62,753 nucleotides of DNA from an uncultured virus (IMG/VR IMGVR_UViG_3300031758_000014). Its lineage: Duplodnaviria > Heunggongvirae > Uroviricota > Caudoviricetes. A program made the translations under genes and the position numbers. The notes below the pieces were generated by a model. It ran no database searches. It saw nothing but the letters and a program-made list of their open reading frames with translations, and was not told where the DNA came from. Numbering within the stretch: position 1 is the stretch's first letter; each line of letters opens with the position of its first letter. The stretch lies in IMG/VR virus record IMGVR_UViG_3300031758_000014; one strand, given 5' to 3'. Of the stretch, positions 52,493-62,743 are shown piece by piece.

Positions 52493-54925
52493 CTATTTTT
52501 TACCAAATTTTTCGTTGTTACTTGGGTATGACCATTTAGTATTTGACTTAACAATGTCTTCTATTTTTTGAACATTTTGAATAATTGGTGCTGGATATTT
52601 TTGGTGATCTCCTTTATTGCTTATACCAAATCCGATTTTTGAGAAGTCTTTTTCACCAATAGGTTTCCAAATTAACCCATTATGTTCACTTGGATTTGAT
52701 TTTGTTTTTATAATATTTTCTAATGTTCCATAGACTTTGTTTTTCTCATTTGAGTTACCAAATTTAATTAAATTAATATCAGAGAACTTAGATTTCTCAT
52801 CATAAATTGTATTGGTTGACTTTCCAAAATTTTGTGGCTTTAACTTATTAAGCTCACTGTAATTTGTTTGAAATGGATCGGTTGTTCCCATTAAACCAGC
52901 TATATCTTCTGTTAAGAAATTATTTAACTCTTTTCTAACATCAAACCAAGGACCAAAAGAGTTTGGTGTGTATGGTTTTGGATAAACATTTTTTGGACCA
53001 CTTTCTAAACCACCTAATCCAGTTGATAGTTTTATTTTATTTATTGTATTTTCTAATAATTTAGTTCTGATTTTAATTTGATTATTGATTTCACCAACTA
53101 CAAAGTTTTTTGCTGAATTTAAAATTCCAACTGCAACCTTTTTTGAATTTGCCTTAAAGATGTCCAACTCTGTCATATTTTCTTTCTTAGTTGATTTTGC
53201 ACCAGCAAATCCTTCATCATCACCCAATTGATCTGTTGATGTTGGTTTATTAATTTTTGATATATCTTTTAAACCCTTTGTGTCACCAATACCTGCTGAG
53301 TTTCCACTTACACTATTACCTCCCGTAGCTGGACCAAAATTAGATTCATCTTCTTTATCACCAGGTACTATATCAATTTTATCTAATACGATTGCTGTAG
53401 TAACACCGTTGTGTCTTATTGTATTTGTACCAACAGTATAAAATCTTGGATTAGAAGTATCCGCTATTTTACCAGTTGTTCCACCTTCTTCGCTTTTTTG
53501 AGTACTTCTTTCTTCTCTAGCACCTTTATTACCAATTTTCCAAATAGCACCGTTATTATAACCAACATACTGACCAAAAAATTCCGCATCTGGTACCCAT
53601 CTTTCGTATTTGGTTGTTGAATATTTGAAATTCATAACAACATCAAGTGCTGGACCACCGTCACCATATGCTTTTATATTCGATAGGTCTATATCTTTCT
53701 CGTGTGACATTGAATTAAAAAACAATTGACATTCTCTTAAAGAATAAATATATCTGGATACGTTATCTTTTATTATTTCTAAAGATTCTTTTGATGGATT
53801 AGATTGAATTACTTTTCTAACTCTATTAAAATTTCTAACCTCACAAACAACTATTTCACAGTTAAATCTTAATAGATTTTCTGGTACTATATTTTTACCA
53901 TTTGGTCTTGACCAATATAATAATTTGTATAAGTGTGCTAAAGTAGCTAAAGTACCAGAAACATCTTCTGTAAATGATAGTGTTAATTTATCAGTTCCAT
54001 AATTCACAAATGATGATTTTGAATCAGGTGAACCATCATTTCTTTCTATTAGAAAGTCTAATCCAGCTACTTTTTGTAAGTAGTGTGATAGATAAGCTTT
54101 TTTACCTGGTCTAAATTCACCTTTTTGTGTTTGTGATTGTGCATATCCATTATTAGCTTTTGATTGTAATTCAGATGCTGGAGCGTCAGGTGAAAAGTAG
54201 ATACTACCTTTGGTTTTAAAAATTTTCTCAAATTGTTTTTTAAAGTCATATAAAACAATTCTTCTTGATTGTACTTCACTTATAACACTGTAAGACCTTA
54301 TAAAATCTTCAATAGAACCATTTAATAATGGAGAACTGATTGCATCAATTATTATTTCAAATCCATACATCACCGGGTCTTCATTTTCGTATGGTGTATT
54401 TTTAAAAGTTTTTAATCTATAATCAGTATCATTACTACCATCCCAAGCTTCTCTATCATTTTTCGCGGTTTTAATTGGTGTTCTACCATTAATTGCAAAT
54501 CCGTGTCTAAAGTAGTCTTGTGATGAATCATTAAAAATTAAATATCTATCTCTAGTTGATTTATCACTTAAAAAAGATTTACTTTCTCTAAATTTATCTT
54601 CTGTTTCAATAAATTTTCTATTTTTAAAATTAACACTATCTATATGAGAATCTAATAAAATTCCATACCAACCATTTGGTACAGCTGGTGGAAAAGCTGG
54701 TTGTACACTTGAAAGAACGGATCGATTAAAACTGGAGTTTGGTGTAAAACCTGGTTTTTGTCTTACATTATTATCGTCAACTATACCAATTAAACTAACA
54801 GGTGCTGTTGTACTTGTCCCATCTGTTCTTTTGATACCATCGGATAAAGAGCTGAACTCTTGTTGAAGAGATGTATCTTCAATCTTATCTTTTGTTAGAA
54901 TATTTTTAAAAAATTTACCAGGCAT
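52493..54925 (-). CDS. putative structural (tail/baseplate) protein
   Basis: 810 aa; context; TAATATATA upstream. Confidence 0.55.
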   Translation of the reverse strand: MPGKFFKNILTKDKIEDTSLQQEFSSLSDGIKRTDGTSTTAPVSLIGIVDDNNVRQKPGFTPNSSFNRSVLSSVQPAFPPAVPNGWYGILLDSHIDSVNFKNRKFIETEDKFRESKSFLSDKSTRDRYLIFNDSSQDYFRHGFAINGRTPIKTAKNDREAWDGSNDTDYRLKTFKNTPYENEDPVMYGFEIIIDAISSPLLNGSIEDFIRSYSVISEVQSRRIVLYDFKKQFEKIFKTKGSIYFSPDAPASELQSKANNGYAQSQTQKGEFRPGKKAYLSHYLQKVAGLDFLIERNDGSPDSKSSFVNYGTDKLTLSFTEDVSGTLATLAHLYKLLYWSRPNGKNIVPENLLRFNCEIVVCEVRNFNRVRKVIQSNPSKESLEIIKDNVSRYIYSLRECQLFFNSMSHEKDIDLSNIKAYGDGGPALDVVMNFKYSTTKYERWVPDAEFFGQYVGYNNGAIWKIGNKGAREERSTQKSEEGGTTGKIADTSNPRFYTVGTNTIRHNGVTTAIVLDKIDIVPGDKEDESNFGPATGGNSVSGNSAGIGDTKGLKDISKINKPTSTDQLGDDEGFAGAKSTKKENMTELDIFKANSKKVAVGILNSAKNFVVGEINNQIKIRTKLLENTINKIKLSTGLGGLESGPKNVYPKPYTPNSFGPWFDVRKELNNFLTEDIAGLMGTTDPFQTNYSELNKLKPQNFGKSTNTIYDEKSKFSDINLIKFGNSNEKNKVYGTLENIIKTKSNPSEHNGLIWKPIGEKDFSKIGFGISNKGDHQKYPAPIIQNVQKIEDIVKSNTKWSYPSNNEKFGKK

Positions 54926-54956
54926 AATTTATATATTAAATATTTAACTTCTTTTA

Positions 54957-57725
54957 TTATGCTGATTTTGATATTTTATCAAAAGCTTCTAACCATGCTT
55001 TATATGATCCATTCACTTCATTAATTCCTTTTGTACCACCATTTACGGACTTTCTAGCTGCGGTTAAATCACCACTAATAACCTTACTAAATGTTCTAGC
55101 TTTCATAAACTCTATAGCTATTTTATATGAGTTTTGTGGATCAAGAGCTAAGTCACCATTACCAGCCAAATTAACTCCTATTCTTTTACCATATTTTTCA
55201 TAATTGGCTTTACCAGTTAATTGTATCAGTCCTCTACCAAAATAAGGAAATCCTTTAGAGTCGGTACCTAAATTATAATAGTTCTTTTTACCACCTTTGG
55301 TTGATCTATAATAGTTTAATGCTGATGAACAAGGACCATTTGATCCATATGGAACGCCGGCTCCGGTACATGCATAATCAGCTTCCCATCTTTGTAATGA
55401 ATATCCAGATTCAGCAAATGCTGTTCCTAATAAATAGGCCGCTTTTCTAACGTCATCAATAGAAGCGTCATTTTTAATAAAGTAAAGAACTTTTTTCAAA
55501 GAATCTTTAAATTTGGAATTTGGCTTATAATTTTTTGATACTAAACTAATCAATTTATCTATATTAAATGATTTCCATTTTCCACCAACATAGTTAGGAC
55601 TATTAAAATCTATATTTAGATCATCAACTCTAGCAGTTGATTCTAGTGTTGGTGTTGAATCTGGTAATGATAATATTTGTATATCCTGAAGAGCTTCTAA
55701 TTGAATGGCTAATTCTTCTGATCCTTCAAATCCTTCTTCTACATATTCCGAAAGATCATCTTCATAATTATTTACATTTTCATATATTTCTCCACTACCA
55801 ATTATTACAACTTCGCCTAAAATGTTATTATTCATAAAACCAGTTTTCTCAATATTAAATAAATAATCAGCATCAACTGTTTTTGAGATATATGTTCCAT
55901 CTGATTGTTTCTCTATTATACTTAGTTTGGCGGTAACTTCAATACCATTTTCTAAAACATTTGTTATAGTAGCAAAATATCTAACACCATTACTATCCTC
56001 TATTGTATAAACATCACCAACATTAAACGTGCTATTTAATTTTGGTGGTGGAGTTAATAAAGTAAATAAGTTATTTATAGTATCCGTTGGATTTGTATTT
56101 TCTGGATTTTTAACATCGGCTGGAGTTTTTTCTGCTGGTGGTGGACCTTCATTTATTTCTTTTGGATTTTTACCTAATTCTTTTCTAACCAATCTAAGTT
56201 CTTGTTTTAAAGATCTACCATCCCAATTGAAATTCATTTCAGATATAATATAATCTCCGGTTTTTCTCCATTGAATCATTTCTGGATCACTTGGTGATGG
56301 AACCGGATTAACTATTGTTACATTAACTTTTTGATATAAATATATTGAGTAGTTTGGATTTGGTAAATCAACTGTTAATACAACTTTATTTAACTCATCT
56401 AAATTTATTTTATTTTGAGTTATCGCATAATTATAATTTTTATGTACATTATCAGTATCTATCTTACCACTATATGTAGTTGATATATTATTTTGAAAAG
56501 ATTCTTTGTCACCTTTAGCACCTTTTAATACCATACTTGTAGACTCATCTGATGTTGTTGAATCTACATCAAAAACTAAAAATTCTTTTTTAGTTTTGTC
56601 ATAATATTTAGTTTTAGTTTTATATCCTCTTTCCAAAGAAATTGATGTTGAATTATTTTCAAAATTCTTTTCTTCAATAAAAGAAGCACTTGTGTTTAAA
56701 CTCTTATCTGAATTTAATTTTAAAGCTTGTATTTTATCGACATCTTTTATATCACCATTATCAAAAGATGATGTATCAATATATTTATCTTCTTTATTAT
56801 TTCTTTTTAGTTCTTTCTCTACGTCAACATAGTTAAAACAATAGTAATAGTCTATAAATCCAACCATAAATGATTTATCTGAAATGTAAGAGTGTTTTAT
56901 TATTTTATCTATAAATTGATATTGTTTATCTCCAACATTTCGCCAAATCATTTTATCATCGGTGTTAGTTATATTAGAGTTGAATCCTAATTTTAACTCT
57001 TTAGCAATTTCTCTAAGAACTTCATATGAAGTTCCTGTGTAAGGTTGATACTTTATTCTATATAACTCTGATATATCTAGTGTTCCATATATCGAGTATT
57101 GTCCTTTTGAAATGGCAATAAAGTCTTCGATTTTAAATTTTAAATGTATTGATTTTATATTTGGTGATCTTGAATTTAAAAAAAACTCAAATTTAGTATC
57201 ATCTTGTGGCATACCAATATTTTTAATAATCCCGTTTGTATCATTAAATATGAATTCTATTACTGGTATTATTCCATTATGACCTAGTCTTAAAAATGAT
57301 ATATCTCTATCATTTATTGGAGATCCCATATAATTAATAAATGGAGTTAAACCTATTTGAGAAGCAACTTTTTTATCATCATTTAAATTTTGTGTATTTG
57401 GAAGTTCCATTGGTGGTAAGTCAACTTTTGGTTGATCTACTTGTGTTATTATAGGTTTTGGCTTTTCTTCAGGTTTTTTGTCTTCCTCTTCAGGTTTTGT
57501 CTTTGGTTGTTCTAACTCAATTGTTTCTGGTAGAACTTTTACAGCAAATTCACTAAACTCTACAAATGTAGAAGTAGTAGTTACTGATATAACATAATCA
57601 CCTGGTTGATCAAATTTTAAATTCTTAAATGATACAGAATCATCTACTATGTCAAGTTCAGTTTCACCTATTAAAGCACCAGGACCACTTTTAACCTTTA
57701 AAATTACTTTACCAGTTATAGCCAT
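54957..57725 (-). CDS. baseplate hub-like protein with C-terminal GH19 lysozyme/chitinase domain
   Basis: AYLLGTA.AES, YFGRGLIQLTGKANY, R..VNGG..G. Confidence 0.8.
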   Translation of the reverse strand: MAITGKVILKVKSGPGALIGETELDIVDDSVSFKNLKFDQPGDYVISVTTTSTFVEFSEFAVKVLPETIELEQPKTKPEEEDKKPEEKPKPIITQVDQPKVDLPPMELPNTQNLNDDKKVASQIGLTPFINYMGSPINDRDISFLRLGHNGIIPVIEFIFNDTNGIIKNIGMPQDDTKFEFFLNSRSPNIKSIHLKFKIEDFIAISKGQYSIYGTLDISELYRIKYQPYTGTSYEVLREIAKELKLGFNSNITNTDDKMIWRNVGDKQYQFIDKIIKHSYISDKSFMVGFIDYYYCFNYVDVEKELKRNNKEDKYIDTSSFDNGDIKDVDKIQALKLNSDKSLNTSASFIEEKNFENNSTSISLERGYKTKTKYYDKTKKEFLVFDVDSTTSDESTSMVLKGAKGDKESFQNNISTTYSGKIDTDNVHKNYNYAITQNKINLDELNKVVLTVDLPNPNYSIYLYQKVNVTIVNPVPSPSDPEMIQWRKTGDYIISEMNFNWDGRSLKQELRLVRKELGKNPKEINEGPPPAEKTPADVKNPENTNPTDTINNLFTLLTPPPKLNSTFNVGDVYTIEDSNGVRYFATITNVLENGIEVTAKLSIIEKQSDGTYISKTVDADYLFNIEKTGFMNNNILGEVVIIGSGEIYENVNNYEDDLSEYVEEGFEGSEELAIQLEALQDIQILSLPDSTPTLESTARVDDLNIDFNSPNYVGGKWKSFNIDKLISLVSKNYKPNSKFKDSLKKVLYFIKNDASIDDVRKAAYLLGTAFAESGYSLQRWEADYACTGAGVPYGSNGPCSSALNYYRSTKGGKKNYYNLGTDSKGFPYFGRGLIQLTGKANYEKYGKRIGVNLAGNGDLALDPQNSYKIAIEFMKARTFSKVISGDLTAARKSVNGGTKGINEVNGSYKAWLEAFDKISKSA

Positions 57726-57774
57726 AATTTTATTTTTAATTTAATATTTTATATATTAAATCCTTTCTATCTGG

Positions 57775-59385
57775 CTATAAATTAACTCTTAATATTTTAT
57801 ATGGGTATTTTCTTTTCTTATAGAAACCTTCTCTTTCTAAATAATGTCTATAAAGAGCATTTCTAAGATCATCTTTATCAAAAATATCAACTAAGTCAAA
57901 AATATTTACTTTATCTTTGTCTGAGTGTAAACGTAAACCACGTCCAATTGATTGTATAATAATTTGTTCTGATTTAAATGAGTCTGCGAATATAACATTA
58001 AAGATTGCATTTATACTTACACCAGTAGATAAAGTACCAAATGAGGCTACTAAAACTTTAACCTTATCACCGGTTATCTCCATTTGTTTTTTAATTTCTT
58101 CTCGTTTTCTACCACTTACTTCACCATCAATATAGAAGAATTCTTTATCATCAATCTCAGCACTCAACTTATTGAATATTTTCTGTCCATTTTCAATTGT
58201 GTGAAAAAGTAGTAATGTATTATTTGAACATTTTTCAACTATCTTTTTGATGAATTCTAATCTTTTATCAGATTGATGTATATAAGATTTTTCAAAATCA
58301 AATGCTGACTTACCATCACCTGATTTTCTAATTATCTTTAGTCTTTCATTAAAATCGATATCATTATGGTTCATAACAACAACTCTAATATCCATTGGTG
58401 TTATAATACCTTTCTTTTTTAACTCGTCTGCACTTACTTCAGTTATCTTTGGTCCTAATACTGATTGTATTGTTAAAATTTCACAAGTATCATCATTAGG
58501 AAAGGTACCAGAAACTCCAAAACGACAATAAGCATGTCCAAATGTGTATTCAAGTATAGTTGTTATTGTTTTTGCTTTAGCTCCATGAGCCTCATCAGTT
58601 GCGATGGTATGAAATTGTTGAAAGAAATCTTTGGGCCATTTTTCTAAAGATTGATAAGTACCAATATAAACATTTGGATTTTCAGTACCGGTATATTTTC
58701 TTGGTCTATCGGACATTACTTCCTCAACTCTAACTTCACAAGGTCCCATATCATCATCTAAAATTTGACCTAATTTCTTATCTCTATTCTCTACAAGATT
58801 ATTAACTCCGTAGTTATATTCAACTATATTATCGTAGAATTGAGTAACAAGTGTAATTGAAGGTACTATTATTAAGAATTTGGCGTCTTCTTTAATTTTC
58901 TTTAATGTGTAAAACATTACTATTGATATGATTAGTGATTTACCACCGGAAGTAGCAACCTCTGCCATGCAATATCTATTTTTTAATATTTTATAGGCGG
59001 CTTCTATTTGGTGGTCGTATGGCATGAAAGGTATCCAAACTCCTTCTTTATTTCTAACTTTATGATTTTTGAAAAATTCTTTACAGAATTCGGTAACTCC
59101 TTCTAATGTAACATCTCTATTTATGGGAAAGTCTTCTTTGTTTTCAATTTGAAAAGGAACTTCAATTTCTTTACATCCTTTTAAAGCTTCTCTCCAAAGT
59201 CCAAGGTTAATTCTACCATTTTTAAAGTAAGATTTTTTCCCATCCCATACCCCCATTTTTACAGCGGGTTGAAATCTCCAACCTTTAACATGACGAGTAA
59301 GCCATAGTTGCATTTGATGATATTCAATTCGTGTAGCATCTGATACAACTATTTCTTCAGTATTTTTATCATATCTAAACCTCAT
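57775..59385 (-). CDS. uvsW: SF2 DNA helicase (T4 UvsW-like)
   Basis: ATSGGKS, DEAH, GVSGT, STGVSI, QSIGRGLR. Confidence 0.88.
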   Translation of the reverse strand: MRFRYDKNTEEIVVSDATRIEYHQMQLWLTRHVKGWRFQPAVKMGVWDGKKSYFKNGRINLGLWREALKGCKEIEVPFQIENKEDFPINRDVTLEGVTEFCKEFFKNHKVRNKEGVWIPFMPYDHQIEAAYKILKNRYCMAEVATSGGKSLIISIVMFYTLKKIKEDAKFLIIVPSITLVTQFYDNIVEYNYGVNNLVENRDKKLGQILDDDMGPCEVRVEEVMSDRPRKYTGTENPNVYIGTYQSLEKWPKDFFQQFHTIATDEAHGAKAKTITTILEYTFGHAYCRFGVSGTFPNDDTCEILTIQSVLGPKITEVSADELKKKGIITPMDIRVVVMNHNDIDFNERLKIIRKSGDGKSAFDFEKSYIHQSDKRLEFIKKIVEKCSNNTLLLFHTIENGQKIFNKLSAEIDDKEFFYIDGEVSGRKREEIKKQMEITGDKVKVLVASFGTLSTGVSINAIFNVIFADSFKSEQIIIQSIGRGLRLHSDKDKVNIFDLVDIFDKDDLRNALYRHYLEREGFYKKRKYPYKILRVNL

Positions 59386-59503
59386 TTCATGTTATATATA
59401 AAAATGTCTAATTTGTTTATTTATAGATTTTTTGTTGAAATTTTCTGGTTTTTTATAGAGGAGAAAATTAAAATGTGATATATAATAAAAAATAAATTTA
59501 ATT

Positions 59504-59827
59504 ATGGGATTAATATCATATTTAAGAGGTCTTTTTGGATCGAAAAAAACCGAAGTTAAGGTTGAAGTTGCTGAAGTTAAAACTGAAGTTGTTGAGGTTA
59601 AAGAAGAAGTTAAAACTGTTGAAGAACCTAAAGTTGAAACTGCTGAACCGATTGTTGAGAGATTAGTTGAAGTGGCTGATAAAAAAGTTACTGCTAAAGA
59701 GATTAAATCTAAGGCTAAGAAATCTCCAAAAGTTGAGAAAGAAGTTAAGGCTGAGACTGAAGTTAAAACTGAGACTAAACCTAAACCAAAAAGAAAGAGA
59801 CCTGCTAAAAAGAAGTCAGAACAATAA
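59504..59827 (+). CDS. Lys/Glu-rich low-complexity protein
   Basis: ORF track. Confidence 0.65.
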   Translation: MGLISYLRGLFGSKKTEVKVEVAEVKTEVVEVKEEVKTVEEPKVETAEPIVERLVEVADKKVTAKEIKSKAKKSPKVEKEVKAETEVKTETKPKPKRKRPAKKKSEQ

Positions 59828-59840
59828 AAATTGTTTAAAG

Positions 59841-59873
59841 TAAAAAACCACTCAATTTGAGTGGTTTTTTTTT
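59841..59873. terminator. bidirectional terminator
   Basis: AAAAAACCACTC/GAGTGGTTTTTT between convergent genes. Confidence 0.85.
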
Positions 59874-59874
59874 A

Positions 59875-60858
59875 TTATTTTAAGTTTCCATATTTTTCAA
59901 CTATGATATCAACTATTTCCTGACCAATTCTATCTTGAGCTTCATTTGTAGCCGCTCCGATATGTGGTGTACACAAGATACCTGGGTGTGATAATAATTC
60001 TTTCATTGGTGTTGGTTCATTTTCAAAAACATCTAAAGCCGCTGCTGCGATATGACCATTATTCAATGCTTGTAATAAATCTAATTCATTAACAACTCCA
60101 CCTCTTGATGTGTTAATAATTCTTGAACCAGGTTTCATTATTTGTAATTCTCTTTTTGTGATAACAGAATCTCCATTTGGTTGTTTAGGTACGTGTAATG
60201 AAATATAATCACAGATTGGTAAAATATCATCTATATTGGTTTTTGTATTTACAAAAAAACCAGATGTGTTAGTTACATCTTCTCCATCTGATGTAGTCCA
60301 GTTTATATTTAAATAAACAGGAACTCTTTTTTCTTCGATATCAACAGCAACCACTTTCATACCCATACCAAGCGCGTAAGAAGCTAAAGTTTGTCCAATT
60401 CTTCCAAATCCAACAATACCTAAAGTTTTACCTCTTAATTCAACACCTGAACCGTATTCTTTTTTAAGTTTATTGAAATCACCGTTCTCAATATTTTTAG
60501 CAGATTTACCAATAAATCTTGAGATAGCAAACATATTACCGATTACTAATTCAGCAACTGATTGTGAAGAAGAAGCTGGTGTGTTAAATACAAATATACC
60601 TTTTTCTTTAGCATATTCAACATCAATATTATCTGTACCAACTCCGCCTCTACCAATAAATTTGATGTTAGGACAATTATCGATAATATCTTTTCTTACT
60701 TTTGTTGCACTTCTTACTAAAATACCTTCGTAATTTTCTTCGTTTATTTTAGTAATTAAATCTTCCTGATTTACTTTTTCGGTTATAACTACATAACCAT
60801 TTTCTTCTAATTGTTTTTTAGCACTATCTGAAATGCCATCATTCGCTAATATTTTCAT
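59875..60858 (-). CDS. serA: D-2-hydroxyacid/3-phosphoglycerate dehydrogenase (Bacteroidota-type)
   Basis: MKILANDGIS, RGGVG.DNID, GFGRIG, NTSRGG, LDVFENEP, TPHIGAAT. Confidence 0.85.
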   Translation of the reverse strand: MKILANDGISDSAKKQLEENGYVVITEKVNQEDLITKINEENYEGILVRSATKVRKDIIDNCPNIKFIGRGGVGTDNIDVEYAKEKGIFVFNTPASSSQSVAELVIGNMFAISRFIGKSAKNIENGDFNKLKKEYGSGVELRGKTLGIVGFGRIGQTLASYALGMGMKVVAVDIEEKRVPVYLNINWTTSDGEDVTNTSGFFVNTKTNIDDILPICDYISLHVPKQPNGDSVITKRELQIMKPGSRIINTSRGGVVNELDLLQALNNGHIAAAALDVFENEPTPMKELLSHPGILCTPHIGAATNEAQDRIGQEIVDIIVEKYGNLK

Positions 60859-61612
60859 ATTTTAAATCTTTGTTTTTTAATCGTTTTAGTGATGTATTGT
60901 AATATTCCTCATTTAATTCAGAACCAATATATCTCCTATTAAACTTTTGACATGCTTTAGCAGTTGTTCCAATTCCTAAGAATGGATCATAAATAAGACT
61001 ATTTTCAGGAAAATAGATATTCATTATTTTAACTACAAGATCTTCTGAATAAGAAGCTTTTAATTTTGATTTGATACCATCATTATTTTTAGCTTCGATT
61101 AGATTAGTATAATTCTTATAGAATTTCTGACCAGTTTTTTCATTAATCTTACTTATCTTTTTATTTGTTTTGAAATTGTGTAAATGTTCTTTTTTAACAA
61201 TTACATAAATTTGCTCACAAATTCTTGATAATTTAGTTGGTGATGTTTGAAAAGGAAGAGCTGTTGACTTTTTCCAAGTTATCATATCAGCTAAAGTTAA
61301 ATCTGTTTCTTGGTGTATTTTAGTCATTAATAGGGTTGGTAGAATAGGATTTTCATTGTGATAAGATAGGTTATAACAAATAACTCCAGTATCTTCTAAA
61401 ATTCTTGAGAATTCCTTAAACTCTTTTATTCTAACATTTAGATATTCTTCTTCTGATAGACCATCTATGTCGGAATAACCATTGTCATAATAAACATCCT
61501 TTCTTTTTGATGTGATATTGTATGGTGGACTTGTTATAATACCACCAATAGATTTATCACTAATTCTAGACATTGTTAAAATGTTATCTTCATTAAAGAT
61601 TTTGTTTTCCAT
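60839..61612 (-). CDS. beta-class N4/N6 DNA methyltransferase
   Basis: TSPPYN and DPFLGIGTT. Confidence 0.9.
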   Translation of the reverse strand: MENKIFNEDNILTMSRISDKSIGGIITSPPYNITSKRKDVYYDNGYSDIDGLSEEEYLNVRIKEFKEFSRILEDTGVICYNLSYHNENPILPTLLMTKIHQETDLTLADMITWKKSTALPFQTSPTKLSRICEQIYVIVKKEHLHNFKTNKKISKINEKTGQKFYKNYTNLIEAKNNDGIKSKLKASYSEDLVVKIMNIYFPENSLIYDPFLGIGTTAKACQKFNRRYIGSELNEEYYNTSLKRLKNKDLKYENISE

Positions 61613-62057
61613 CTAATATTTGATTTATTTTTTTATCTCTATTTTCTATTTTCTTCAGCCCTTCATCTTCTATTGTAGAAAATCTAAGGTGATATACACC
61701 GTCAATCTTATTAATAAGATAAAAAACTACAAACTTATCATTTAGAGACTGATTATTTATTAAATCTACAAAACCATCTAAAGTATCATTTTTCATGGTT
61801 ACTGTTGAATAATTCAATGCTATCCACTTAGTATTTCCTATATCATCAGACTTTTCCTTAACATGATATACAAATGATGGTGAGTCTGTTATATACCATA
61901 TTCTATGAAAAACTTTTTCAAAAAAGTCTCTTAAATCGTCATTATTTATAACACCTGAAAAAGGAAAGGAAGTATTATAATAACTTAATTTATCAACATT
62001 ACTTTTAATCAATTCCTCTACTCTTTCATCTTTAGATAAATTTCTAATATCTTTCAC
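61593..62057 (-). CDS. hypothetical protein with C-terminal tag (RDKKINQIL)
   Basis: ORF track; shared motif. Confidence 0.7.
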   Translation of the reverse strand: MKDIRNLSKDERVEELIKSNVDKLSYYNTSFPFSGVINNDDLRDFFEKVFHRIWYITDSPSFVYHVKEKSDDIGNTKWIALNYSTVTMKNDTLDGFVDLINNQSLNDKFVVFYLINKIDGVYHLRFSTIEDEGLKKIENRDKKINQILDGKQNL

Positions 62058-62059
62058 GA

Positions 62060-62743
62060 TTATTTTCTATTTTTTACGATTTCATCAATCATACCATACT
62101 TCTTAGCATCTTCCGCTGTCATCCAATAGTCTCTTTCACTGTCTTTATAAACTCTATCATAAACTTGTCCAGTTCTTTCTGAGATTATTTCATAAAGTTC
62201 TTTTTTAAGTGAGTTGATTTCTTTAGCTTCGATTTCCATATCAGTTGCTTGGGCATATCCGGTATAACCAAGTGGTTGATGAATCATTGTTCTACTTCTT
62301 CTAAGAGCTTTTCTTTTACCATTTGTACCAGAACATAAAATAACAGCTGCCATCGAAGCTGCTAAACCAGTGTTTACAGTCACAATATCAGGCTTTATGA
62401 AGTCCATAACATCTAATAGACCTAATCCAGAGTAAACCGAACCACCACCAGAGTCAATATAAATCTTAATATCTTCATCTGATTCGGATTCTAAATAAAG
62501 AAGTTGAGCTTTGATTAGATTACATGTATAATCGTCTATATCAGTTGAGAGAAAAATTATTCTATCGTCTAATAACTTAGAAAAAACATCAACTGAAATT
62601 CCATTATTTTCTAATAAGTAAGAAGTATTGTTATTTTGTATTTTAGTTACTTTTTTAAAGTAATCATCGAATACTGATGTAGATACTGGAATTCTACTGT
62701 TGTCTCTCATATGAGATTTCAACATTTTTTCAATTCTATTCAT
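62060..62743 (-). CDS. clpP: ATP-dependent Clp protease proteolytic subunit
   Basis: DVFSKLL.DRIIFL, GLAASMAA, MIHQP, ERDYWM. Confidence 0.93.
   Translation of the reverse strand: MNRIEKMLKSHMRDNSRIPVSTSVFDDYFKKVTKIQNNNTSYLLENNGISVDVFSKLLDDRIIFLSTDIDDYTCNLIKAQLLYLESESDEDIKIYIDSGGGSVYSGLGLLDVMDFIKPDIVTVNTGLAASMAAVILCSGTNGKRKALRRSRTMIHQPLGYTGYAQATDMEIEAKEINSLKKELYEIISERTGQVYDRVYKDSERDYWMTAEDAKKYGMIDEIVKNRK

Noticed and set aside
2931..60733. Antisense ORFs inside long genes (e.g. 2931, 11572, 12943, 27391, 29958, 36998, 37646, 50921, 56029, 57917, 60473)
   Set aside because: Shadow frames of well-supported opposite-strand genes, with no motifs of their own.
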